NCBI GenBank assembly: GCA_043819795.1
Contig: JBDREN010000137.1
Span: 1-18,093 of the forward strand
Length of the DNA: 18,093 bases
Direction of reading: 5' to 3'
Origin: Elusimicrobiota bacterium
Lineage (GTDB): Bacteria; Elusimicrobiota; Elusimicrobia; UBA1565
The notes below the pieces were generated by a model. That model was not told the origin of the DNA and did no database searches. It worked only from the letters and a program-made list of their open reading frames with translations. Shown here one piece after another: positions 1-8,275 of the stretch. A program made the position numbers and the translations under genes. Position 1 is the stretch's first letter. The number at the start of each line of letters is the position of its first letter.

Positions 1-3000
1 ATGATGAAGAAGTTGTAGTGGCCGCATTGGAAATCAGCGGGGATAGTGAAGTCCAGCGTGGTGGAGGACTGGCCGTTCTGGTAATAGGTCTGCTCGGCGG
101 TCCCGTAGACCGAGGTGGAGAGGTCCACTAGACGGTTGCCGGGCGCCATCGCCTCAAAGTTGCCCGCATCGTTGGGCATGAGATAGACCCGCGGGTAGTT
201 GGTGGGGGAATTCGCGTACCCGTGCCCTCCTCCCGAGGCTTCTCCCCCGCCCGCAAACGTTGTCCCGACAACGGTGTAGGTGTCGCCCGGATGCAAGGTG
301 ACCGGGAAGGAACCCTGCCCGTCGATCGTTTCAATCTTGGGCTGCAAAAAGGCGACCGTGGAAAGGTGGAAGTCGTACTCCGTATACAGGGCCAACTCGG
401 CGGAGGACAGGAACACATCCGCGGCATCTTGACCCCCCGCCAGCAGAACCTTGCCGTTCGGCAAGAGCGTCGCGGTGAGCAGACGCCGCGGCGTGGTCAT
501 GTTGTCGATAACCGTCCAGGCCCCGGACGCCGGATCGTAGACCTCCGCCGTGTCGATGGCGCCGCCGGCGAGGTTCGCTTGCCCCCCCACAACCAGCACC
601 TTGCCGTTCGGAAGGAGGGCCCCGGAATGACCCTGGTGGCCGGCCGACATGGAGCCGGTCGCTGCCCATGAGTTCAAGTCGGGATCGTAGAGCTCGGCCG
701 AGCTCAGCAGGCTCCCGCCGTTATAACCTCCGAAGACAAGCACCTTTCCGTTCTCCAGCTTCGCCCCGAGCGGGCTCAGGCGAGAGTACGACATGGAGCC
801 CGCGCTCGTCCAAGAGCCGGAAGCCGGATCGTAAAGCTCCGCTGAAGCGATGGGCCCGCCGCCGTCGGCTCCCCCGGCCACCAGCACCTTCCCATTGTCC
901 AGCAGGACCGCCGCGAAGCTCATGCGCTGCCCGCTCATGCTGCCCGTCGGCAGCCAAGCCTCGACCGACGGATCGTATATCTCTGCAGACGACAACACCG
1001 ACGCCCCGTCGCGACCTCCCGCGACCAAGACTTTCCCGTTCGGGAGGACGACGGCGCCGGGAGCTTCGCGCTCGAAGGTCATCGAGCCTGTCGGCGACCA
1101 AAGCCCGGACTGAGGATCGTAGAGCTCCGCCGTTGACAGCCGCGTCGCGCCGTCCGTTCCACCGGCCACAAGCACCTTCCCGTTCGGCAACAGGACCGAT
1201 ATGTGGTAGTTGCGCGGAGTCGACATGGGATCGGCGCTCTCCCAGGATGCCGTGGCGGAATCGTAGATCTCAACGGTGGATAGGACGCTGCCCGAGTCGC
1301 CGCCGGTGACGAGCACCTTCCCGTTCGGCATCAATGTGGCCGCATGGTAGCCGCGCGCCCCGGACATCGAGTCCGTCGCCTCCCAGTCGCCGGCGGAGGG
1401 GTCGTAGAGCTCAACGCTGGAATGGTTCCCCCCCGCGCCGTTGGCCCCGGCCACCACGAGGACCTTACCGTTCGGCAGGAGCGTGGCGGAGTGCGCCGCG
1501 CGGATCGCGGACATGGCGTCGGTCGTCGTCCACTGGCCGTTAGTCCCTGAGGAAGGTTCGAAGATCTCCGCGGTGGAGAGATAGCTCCCTTGATCTCCCC
1601 CCGCCACCAGGACCCTGCCGTCCGGAAGAAGCGTGGCGACGTGCAAACGGCGCGCCTGAGCCAAGGAGTCCGTCGTGGTCCATGTCCCCTCGGAGGGATC
1701 GAAGAGCTCCGCGGTCGAGAGATAACTGCCATTGAACCCACCCGCCACCAAGACCTTCCCGTTCGGCAGGAGCGTAGCAGTGTGATAGTACCGCTGCTCC
1801 GACATGGATCCCGTGGCCGTCCAATTGCCGGACGTAGGGTCATAGAGCCCGGCGTGGTCGGTCACTCCCGGATCGGAATCTCCCCCGGCCACCAGGACCT
1901 TGCCGTCGGGCAAGAGTGTGGCGGTGTGGAAACCGAGCACATCAGGCATGGGGTTGGTCGTGGACCAACTGCCCGCGGAGGGGTCGTACAACTCCGCCGT
2001 GGAGAGTTCGCCCCCCCCGTCGAGTCCGAATCCCCCCGCAATCAGGACCTTTCCGTTGTGCAACAACGTAGCAGTGTGACCGTAGCGCCCATCCGACATG
2101 GAGTCCGTAGTGGCCCATTCTCCGTTCGTCCCCACGGAGGGGTCGAAGAGTTCCGCCGTTGAGAGGGGCGTCCCGCTGCCGTATCCACCCGCGACAAGGA
2201 CCTTCCCGTTGGGCAGGAGCGTGGCGGTATGCACATTGCGCGCCACCGCCAAGGAATCCGTCGCCGTCCAGGTGCCCTCAACGGGGTCATAGAGCTCAGC
2301 CGTGGAAAGATCGCTCCCCCCATTCCACCCTCCCGCCACCAGGACCTTGCCGTTCGGCAGAAGCGTGGCGGTGTGCTGCTGGCGCGGACTCGCCAAGCTG
2401 GAGGCGCCGCTGGTGGTCCAGGTCGGATCGATGAGCAGAGGATACCTGAGCCCGGAATCCTGGACAAGCATGGTGAGCAGATAGGCTCGATGCCCGTCTT
2501 CGCCCCGTTTCTCGGAAACGGCCGGCTGAAGCGCGAACCGGCCTTCGGCCCTTCTTCCCTCGGCGTCAATCACCACCGGCCGGGAAAGCTGGAAGACCAT
2601 AGCGTCCGCGGCGTCGCGGGCTTCCAGGCTGCCGCTCGCGTTCACCCGGAAGGACACGATCCTTCCCTTGGGGCGGAGCTCTTGCACGAAGGCCTTGGGA
2701 GCCTTCGCGGACTTCAGGTAGTAGAACTCCTCGACCTCGGCGGGGGATGCGGCGAAGAACACCGAGGTCTCGGGGTAGGCGTCGGGATAGAGGATGATCC
2801 CGTCCCGGACCGCCGCCTCGGCGGGCGAGACGCCCACAGGGCGGATCTCCACGGCGGTCTCCTCTTCGTCCTGTCCCCGTCCAGGAAGAGAGGGCAAAGG
2901 CAGTCTGACAGTATAGGGCTTGCCGTAGGTCTTGGGGAAAACCGGGGGAGCCGGGGTCTTGGCGCCGCTCCTGCCGGCCAGAGCCTCCAACGCCTTCCTC

Positions 3001-5132
3001 TCCTCCGGCTTGAGGCTCCCGGCAGCCTGAGCCGAGCCCAGATAGCCCGCGAAGGGCGAGACCCCTTGGCCGCTATCTTCGTAGCGCAAACCCTTGAGCC
3101 GGGCCCACTTCTCGCCGAGCCCGGGGAAGCGCTCCTTGAGCTCGGATACGAAGCCCGCGGCCCGGGACGGGCCCCTCGCCGCGTCCGCCGGGGACCCGCG
3201 TTCGGAGGCGCGCGCAGCCAGCAGCGAGTCTTGAAACAGCCCAAGATTGTGCCGCGCCCTGGCGTCTTGCGGATGGTCGCCGAGCAGGTCCTCGAGGTCT
3301 TGGACCGCTCTCTCCGGATCGCCGCCGTAGGCGTGGGCCACGGCCAGGTTGTTCCGAATCTCGGCGCTCGTTGGCTTACGCCCCTTAGCCAGCTCGAGAT
3401 AGGCCGCGGCCTTCCGGTGCTCGCCTTTCTGGAGATACGCCGACCCGATGCTGTAGTAGGTCTGTCCCCGGTCCACTTTCACCTGAAGGCTCTTGCGGTA
3501 TTCCCCGGCCCGGCGCAGCAGGTCAGGGCCGAAGGGCTCGACGGATTCCACGGCCCCGCGCTCATCGTCCCCGTAAAGCTCAATGGCCAGGGCGATCCTG
3601 TATTCCCCGATGGCCTCGTCCCATTGGCTCCTCTCGGCGTACGCCTTGGCCATCGCGTAACGCAGGCGGGCGGACTGGGGGCAGGTCTCGAGGTTCGCGC
3701 GGGCCAAAGAGAACGTGTCCTTCCAGTCTTTGTTGCGCTGGGTCGTGACGCCGAGATAGAGGCAGCAGAGGGCCGCGAGGCCCAGGGCCCGGACCGCGCC
3801 GTTTCGTCCCGCCCTTGTACTCAGCGTCCATGCCAGGAGCTCCGCGACGATCAGCCCCCAGCCGATGACCGAGAGGTAGAGGTAGCGCTCGTTGACGACC
3901 GTGTTGATGGAGACGATGTTCGAGACAGGAGCCAAGGCCAGCAGGAACAGCAGGATGCCGAAGCCCGTCCTGGGGTTGCGGCCCATCTGCCGGAAGCCGA
4001 GCCAGAGCAAGGCCGCGAGAAGCAGGCCGAAGAAAAGAGTCTCCGGGTCCAGGCTGTGCTTGACCGCGAAGAGGTACTCCAGGCTGAGCGGGTAGGGCAA
4101 AAGCGTCTGCTTCACGTAGATCGCCAAGCCCTTGAGCATGGTCAGCGCCTGAGGCGCCAAGCCGCCGGCCCAGTAGCCGGTCTGGGCGGTCTGGCCAAGC
4201 GCCGCCGAGCGCGCGAGCACGTAAGCTCCCGCGAGCAGGAAGTAGGGAATAAGGGGGCTCCAGCGTCCTTTACCCCCGTCCTGCGGGGCCCGCCCGCGCA
4301 GATAGAGATAGAACCCCAGCGCGACCGGCAGCGTCACCGCCATCTCCTTGCTCAGCAAAGAGAGCGCGAAGCACGCCAGCGAACCGCCGTAAGCCCAGCG
4401 CGAGGCCTTTTCCCGCGAGCGGACGAACAGGATGAACGCGAGGAGGTAGAAGAAAAGGTAGACCAGGTTGGACCGGGAGCCCACGAAGGCCACGGACTCC
4501 GTCTGCACGGGGTGGATGAGAAAGACGAGGGCCGCGATGAAGGCGGTCGCAGCGGGCGGGCCGCGCAGGCCGCGCCCTTCGGACGGGTCCTGGGGCGCGC
4601 GCGCCGCGCGGGGCCGGAAGAGCAGGAGGATCAGCCAGAACACGAGCAGGGCGTTCACGACATGGATGGCCGCGCTCGTCAGGTGAAAGGCTCTCGGGTC
4701 CAGCCCGGAGGCCTTGTAGTTTAGGGCGTAGACGAACACGCTCAGCGGACGCCAGGTGTGGCGGGTGGACTCCGCGTCGGCGTCGGCGTACTGCGCCTCC
4801 GGACGGAAGAACTTGGCGAGCGGAGTGAGGGTGCGGATGGCCTCGTTTTGGACGACGAGGATCTCGTCGTCGTAGACGAAGCCGTTGTCCAGGGTGTTGT
4901 GCCAAGCCAGGACGCCGAAAAGCACGAGGCAGGCGAGAGGCGCCAGCCCGCGAACGCCTCCCGGACCGGCGCGGTGCCCGGGGCTCTTGCCGGGTGCCAG
5001 CCTGCGAACGATTCCCGCACCGGCGCGGTGCCCGGGGCTCTTGCCGGGTCCCAGCCTCCGGACGATTCCCGCGCCGGCGCGGCGCCCGGAGCCGGCTACC
5101 AGCCGCCCGAGAAGCCTCCTCGCGCTCCTCAT
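1..5132 (-). CDS. Giant fusion protein (>1710 aa, 3' end outside the window): TMTC-like GT-C membrane glycosyltransferase + TPR repeats + YPLLIDP-ending domain + ~14 Kelch/galactose-oxidase-type repeats + further beta-rich domain
   Basis: ATG at 5132 after GAGGGGG. The nearest upstream in-frame stop is at 5202-5204, and the ORF track shows no stop-terminated ORF in this frame below that. Manual translation gives NGFVYDD, WRPLS, HPVQTESV, SKE, ERYLY and RNKDW (TMTC motifs), then TPR-like IRNNLAVAHA and ARHNLG, then VEEFYYL...YPLLIDPTW, then repeated HTATLLPNGKVLVAGG...AELYDP...W units at ~420-2420. Confidence 0.88.
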   Translation of the reverse strand, partial: MRSARRLLGRLVAGSGRRAGAGIVRRLGPGKSPGHRAGAGIVRRLAPGKSPGHRAGPGGVRGLAPLACLVLFGVLAWHNTLDNGFVYDDEILVVQNEAIRTLTPLAKFFRPEAQYADADAESTRHTWRPLSVFVYALNYKASGLDPRAFHLTSAAIHVVNALLVFWLILLLFRPRAARAPQDPSEGRGLRGPPAATAFIAALVFLIHPVQTESVAFVGSRSNLVYLFFYLLAFILFVRSREKASRWAYGGSLACFALSLLSKEMAVTLPVALGFYLYLRGRAPQDGGKGRWSPLIPYFLLAGAYVLARSAALGQTAQTGYWAGGLAPQALTMLKGLAIYVKQTLLPYPLSLEYLFAVKHSLDPETLFFGLLLAALLWLGFRQMGRNPRTGFGILLFLLALAPVSNIVSINTVVNERYLYLSVIGWGLIVAELLAWTLSTRAGRNGAVRALGLAALCCLYLGVTTQRNKDWKDTFSLARANLETCPQSARLRYAMAKAYAERSQWDEAIGEYRIALAIELYGDDERGAVESVEPFGPDLLRRAGEYRKSLQVKVDRGQTYYSIGSAYLQKGEHRKAAAYLELAKGRKPTSAEIRNNLAVAHAYGGDPERAVQDLEDLLGDHPQDARARHNLGLFQDSLLAARASERGSPADAARGPSRAAGFVSELKERFPGLGEKWARLKGLRYEDSGQGVSPFAGYLGSAQAAGSLKPEERKALEALAGRSGAKTPAPPVFPKTYGKPYTVRLPLPSLPGRGQDEEETAVEIRPVGVSPAEAAVRDGIILYPDAYPETSVFFAASPAEVEEFYYLKSAKAPKAFVQELRPKGRIVSFRVNASGSLEARDAADAMVFQLSRPVVIDAEGRRAEGRFALQPAVSEKRGEDGHRAYLLTMLVQDSGLRYPLLIDPTWTTSGASSLASPRQQHTATLLPNGKVLVAGGWNGGSDLSTAELYDPVEGTWTATDSLAVARNVHTATLLPNGKVLVAGGYGSGTPLSTAELFDPSVGTNGEWATTDSMSDGRYGHTATLLHNGKVLIAGGFGLDGGGELSTAELYDPSAGSWSTTNPMPDVLGFHTATLLPDGKVLVAGGDSDPGVTDHAGLYDPTSGNWTATGSMSEQRYYHTATLLPNGKVLVAGGFNGSYLSTAELFDPSEGTWTTTDSLAQARRLHVATLLPDGRVLVAGGDQGSYLSTAEIFEPSSGTNGQWTTTDAMSAIRAAHSATLLPNGKVLVVAGANGAGGNHSSVELYDPSAGDWEATDSMSGARGYHAATLMPNGKVLVTGGDSGSVLSTVEIYDSATASWESADPMSTPRNYHISVLLPNGKVLVAGGTDGATRLSTAELYDPQSGLWSPTGSMTFEREAPGAVVLPNGKVLVAGGRDGASVLSSAEIYDPSVEAWLPTGSMSGQRMSFAAVLLDNGKVLVAGGADGGGPIASAELYDPASGSWTSAGSMSYSRLSPLGAKLENGKVLVFGGYNGGSLLSSAELYDPDLNSWAATGSMSAGHQGHSGALLPNGKVLVVGGQANLAGGAIDTAEVYDPASGAWTVIDNMTTPRRLLTATLLPNGKVLLAGGQDAADVFLSSAELALYTEYDFHLSTVAFLQPKIETIDGQGSFPVTLHPGDTYTVVGTTFAGGGEASGGGHGYANSPTNYPRVYLMPNDAGNFEAMAPGNRLVDLSTSVYGTAEQTYYQNGQSSTTLDFTIPADFQCGHYNFFI
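420..2420 (-). repeat. ~14 Kelch-type coding repeats, period about 144-150 nt
   Basis: LLPNGKVLVxGG motif recurs near 2350, 2205, 2050, 1900, 1758, 1615, 1467, 1320, 1178, 1033, 890, 745, 600 and 450. Confidence 0.9.
4942..5089. repeat. 54-bp tandem repeat, ~2.7 copies, encoding an 18-aa unit (HRAGAGIVRRLAPGKSPG) in the N-terminal tail of the giant protein
   Basis: ccggcgcgg(t/c)gcccgg units begin at 4966, 5020 and 5074. Confidence 0.9.
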
Positions 5133-5459
5133 CGTCCCCCTCACCGGGACCTCGCCTCCTTGCTTCGGCTCGGCGCTCCTGCCGCAGCAGGAAGCCGACC
5201 TCTATGGCGAGAGACGCCGCCCGGGGGATCGGATGGCGTCTGTAGGAGCGCGAAAAGAGGGAACTTTCCGGGACCGCATTCGTACGTGTTGTTGGCGGGA
5301 GGAGCTCCCGGGAGGCCCATCCGCACGCGGATGATCCCTCCGCGGGGGGAACGGTCGGCGAGGACCGGTCCGATGGGTGCGGGCCGATGAACCGGGGATC
5401 CGACGCAGCTCAAGCTGCCCGCACAGACAGGATGGACGGACGAGTTCCGAAGAAAGCGG

Positions 5460-5488
5460 ATGATACTGTACACGAACCGACGCGTCAT
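5460..5488 (-). promoter_or_regulatory. Possible sigma70 promoter for the giant gene (ATGACG-17-TATCAT)
   Basis: Near-consensus hexamers with 17-nt spacing; implies a ~320-nt leader. Confidence 0.3.
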
Positions 5489-5568
5489 ACGGACGCCCCC
5501 GCCCGGCCCGTCCGGGGCCGGGCCTTTTGGCCCTTCTCGCGCGGCCCGGTTTGTTGTATCTTGAGCCT

Positions 5569-5907
5569 ATGAGCCGAGACGCGGACAAGCCCGCCACCAA
5601 GAGCGACATCGGCCGCTTGGACCGGAAGATTGACGGCGTGGACTCCAGGCTGGACCGGAAGATCGACCGCGTCGCGATGGAGTTGGGACGTACGCAGACC
5701 CAGATGCGCGAAATGGAGCAACGCCTCGGCGCCAGGATGGACGCCGGCTTCGACCGCGTCACGGATGTCATAGATTCCTTCGCGGGAAAGATCGAGACCT
5801 ACTCCCGCGAAACCGCCACGATCCCGAAGACCCTGGATCGGCACGGCGACAAGCTCCGGGACCATGAAAGGCGCATCGACCGGCTGGAAGCCTCCCGGGA
5901 CGGCTGA
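5569..5907 (+). CDS. Small coiled-coil hypothetical protein (112 aa) with an 11-aa RLDRKID repeat (Bdr/KID-repeat-like character)
   Basis: ATG 5569 lies 6 nt after TATCTT with no SD sequence (possibly leaderless). Contains an ATKSDI motif, coiled-coil periodicity and a C-terminal HERRIDRLE; GC3-rich codons. Confidence 0.75.
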   Translation: MSRDADKPATKSDIGRLDRKIDGVDSRLDRKIDRVAMELGRTQTQMREMEQRLGARMDAGFDRVTDVIDSFAGKIETYSRETATIPKTLDRHGDKLRDHERRIDRLEASRDG

Positions 5908-5951
5908 GGCGCGCCGCCCGGGAATCCTCCCCACGGTCCTCGTCGTCGCGC

Positions 5952-6962
5952 TCACTTGAGCACCCCGATCACCCCGGAGTCCGTCCGGCTCTTGCCGAAC
6001 CGCACGCTGAGCGAGAACCGGTGCGCGTTTCCCAGCTCGCCATAGGGCAGAAGGGTGTAGTCGAAGCTCCCGAACTTCGAGCGGAAGCCCGAGCCCAGGA
6101 ACATGCCGTAGAACTCGGAGAGCCCCGGCGCCTCGGAGCCCAGCGCCCTGCCCAAGGCCGCCTCGCGCTGCCCCCCCGACATCGTCCTGTAGCCCGCGCG
6201 CAGGGCGAAGGGGCCGAAGCCCAGGTACTCCACGCCCAGGCGCAGGACCGGCGCGTTGTCGCGAGGGAAGTCGAGCTCGAGGCTGAGCGCGTGCGGGAAG
6301 CGCTTCGTCATCCCCACGGTCGCTCCCATCCGGAAGGTGAGCGGGAGCGGGAAGCCCTGCCCGATGAAGCGGACTTTCGTGCCGAGGTTGACTAGCGAGG
6401 CGCCCACCGAGACCGGCCAGCGCTTGAACCGGCGCAACGCCCCGAAGTCCGCGGCGTAGGCCGTGGCTGAGTATTCGCCGATGGTCTGGCGGATGAACTT
6501 GCCGGTCGCGCCGAGCCCGACGAAGCCGAGCTTGCGGCCGTAGCTCACGCTCATGGCCAGGTCCGAGGCGCCGAAGGTGCCCTCGGGCTGGGCGCTCTCG
6601 TAGGTGCGGCGCTCGATGCCGCCCAGGCTCAGGTGGGTGGCGGCGAAGCCGAAGGGCCGGCGCAACAGGCCCATCTGCGAGAGGCGGATGTCCTGGATGT
6701 GCATGGCGTGCGAGGCGAGCAGCTCGTAGCCCCCGGGAGCGTGGAGCGCGGGAGGCACGGCCAGGCCGGCCGGGTTGTAGTGAACGGCCGACACGTCGTC
6801 GGCCATGGCCACGAAGGCCTCGCCGAGAGCCAGCGGGCGGGCGCCGAAGCCCAGCTTCAGGAAGGTGGCGGCCGAGGTGCCGGGGCCGGCGGAAAAAGCG
6901 GAGAGCGGCAGGCAGAGCAGGAATGCTGCTGCGAGAAGTCCTCGGCTTTTGCTCTCGGCCAC
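5952..6962 (-). CDS. PorV/PorQ-family (UPF0164-like) outer-membrane beta-barrel protein
   Basis: GTG start and signal-peptide-like N-terminus. Motifs GTSAATFLKLGFGARPLALGEAF..ADD..AVHYNPAGL and terminal FDY..PYGELGNAHRFSL; alternating beta-strand pattern. Confidence 0.85.
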   Translation of the reverse strand: MAESKSRGLLAAAFLLCLPLSAFSAGPGTSAATFLKLGFGARPLALGEAFVAMADDVSAVHYNPAGLAVPPALHAPGGYELLASHAMHIQDIRLSQMGLLRRPFGFAATHLSLGGIERRTYESAQPEGTFGASDLAMSVSYGRKLGFVGLGATGKFIRQTIGEYSATAYAADFGALRRFKRWPVSVGASLVNLGTKVRFIGQGFPLPLTFRMGATVGMTKRFPHALSLELDFPRDNAPVLRLGVEYLGFGPFALRAGYRTMSGGQREAALGRALGSEAPGLSEFYGMFLGSGFRSKFGSFDYTLLPYGELGNAHRFSLSVRFGKSRTDSGVIGVLK

Positions 6963-7356
6963 GGCGTTTCCTTCCGGCAGCCGGCCGCGAGGCCGGCTGC
7001 GTCCAGACCGCTTCAGTACGCGTAGAGACTACGTTCGAACGTTCCCCGCGCAAGCGCGGAGAGCCTTCGGTCCTTCACCGAAAAACTAAACAAGGTTCGC
7101 AGCGCGGCGGGCCGGCCGACAGGGCCGGCGCCGAAAACAACGGAGTAGGGGAATCGCGGCAGGAGCTCTGTAAAAAGAGGGGCTCGGCTTAGGTGTTCCA
7201 CTACGATGCTCTCCCGAATAAAGCCGGCTCAGAAAGCCGACGGGACCTCGAACGCCTATTAATGTAATATGTACGTTCGAAGTTTTTGTTACGCCGGTGC
7301 GAAAGGGCTTCGAATACTTACCAATATCAAAAAGCCATGTCCGGATCGTTTCCCGA

Positions 7357-7385
7357 AGGTTAACCCCGGTCCCGGGATTTGTCAA
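7357..7385 (-). promoter_or_regulatory. sigma70 promoter TTGACA-17-TAACCT pointing toward the PorV-like gene
   Basis: Perfect -35 at 7385-7380, 17-nt spacer, -10 at 7362-7357, in an AT-richer intergenic stretch. Confidence 0.6.
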
Positions 7386-7526
7386 CGGGTCCCCAAGACA
7401 TGATTTTAGGTCCTTGTCCAGACGTCTATTAGGGGTATTCCCTGCGTATCGATTAAGGGCTTCGCTCACTTCTTTTCGTCGCCTCGGCTTGAGACCCGCC
7501 GTCCTTCGCTCGCTCGTCATGACAAT

Positions 7527-7636
7527 ACTCTATCGGGATTCCCGTGCGCCCGCAAGCTCAGCTTTTCTTAAGCAAAAAGTGCCGGGAAATGCGGCATAAA
7601 GCCGCCTGTCCGGGACGGGCTTAAGGGTGGATTCAG
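7527..7636 (-). promoter_or_regulatory. 110-bp promoter/operator module, copy E1 (TTGCGG-17-TAGAGT plus two CTTAAG-based 11-bp-period boxes)
   Basis: Colinear with 8166-8275 and 10114-10223; CTTAAG at 7567 and 7620. Confidence 0.75.
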
Positions 7637-8100
7637 CCGGGCGAGCGGTAGGCCGGTTGGGATTGGACGCTCTGGTGTTCGGCGCGGGAGCGGTCGAACA
7701 CCCCGCCCGCCCCGCGCCGGGTCTCTTCAAGCCGCCGGCTGATCTGATCGAGGGTTTCCGCGGTGGTGAAGCGCCTGACGTCCGCCATGCCCTTGATCCC
7801 CGCGATCACGACAAGCGGCTCGTTGACGCCGGCCTGCCTGGCGGTCTTGGATAGGATCGCGAGGATCGCCGCCGCGCCGCGCGGCAGCGAGCTTTCCATG
7901 AGGACCATGCCGGCCATCGCGCCGCGGGCGGTCTCGATGACGGCCTCTTCGACCTCGCGGTTCGAGAGTCCGCGCCCCTTCAGCCGTGCCAAGAGCGTAC
8001 CGTTGAGAACGCCCGCCGCCACCTGCGCGGGGTCCCCGAGAGCCCGGATCGACTTGACGACCATCTCCTTCGTCAACTGAGCGAGATTGAAAGCTTCCAT
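7633..8100 (-). CDS. Hypothetical helical protein (155 aa), paralogue of the N-terminal domain of the neighbouring histidine kinase
   Basis: RBS GGAGGGGGGA before ATG 8100. MEAFNLAQLTKEMVV...GAMAGMVL...LPRGAAAIL...GMADV.RFTT is shared with the kinase N-terminus. Confidence 0.85.
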   Translation of the reverse strand: MEAFNLAQLTKEMVVKSIRALGDPAQVAAGVLNGTLLARLKGRGLSNREVEEAVIETARGAMAGMVLMESSLPRGAAAILAILSKTARQAGVNEPLVVIAGIKGMADVRRFTTAETLDQISRRLEETRRGAGGVFDRSRAEHQSVQSQPAYRSPG

Positions 8101-8165
8101 TCCCCCCCTCCATGCACCGGCGTCCACCCCGGCGGGGGCGTTGGCGCCCGCGAGGTTCTTGCCAA

Positions 8166-8275
8166 AGTCTTGCGGGATCCCCGCGCGGGCGCAAGCTCAG
8201 CGTTTCTTAAGAAAAAAGTCCCGGGAAAGGCGGCGCAAAGACGGCGATCCGGCACGGGCTTAAGGTTGGATTCAG
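8166..8275 (-). promoter_or_regulatory. 110-bp promoter/operator module, copy E2
   Basis: TTGCGC-17-AAGACT; CTTAAG at 8206 and 8259; TTTCTTAAGAAA palindrome. Confidence 0.75.

Noticed and set aside
420..2420. Regularly spaced repeats as a CRISPR array
   Set aside because: They are degenerate, codon-phased Kelch repeats inside a CDS; no cas genes are present.
2229..4724. 831-aa + strand ORF
   Set aside because: Antisense shadow of the giant - strand gene; no recognisable motifs.
5133..5459. Riboswitch in the long leader of the giant gene
   Set aside because: GC-rich hairpins are present but I recognise no riboswitch consensus; an Rfam scan would be needed.
7258..7285. dif-like site (- strand AACTTCGAACG TACATA TTACATTAATA)
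   Set aside because: The XerD-like arm matches only about 7/11 and the XerC arm poorly; compatible with chance in an AT-rich promoter region.
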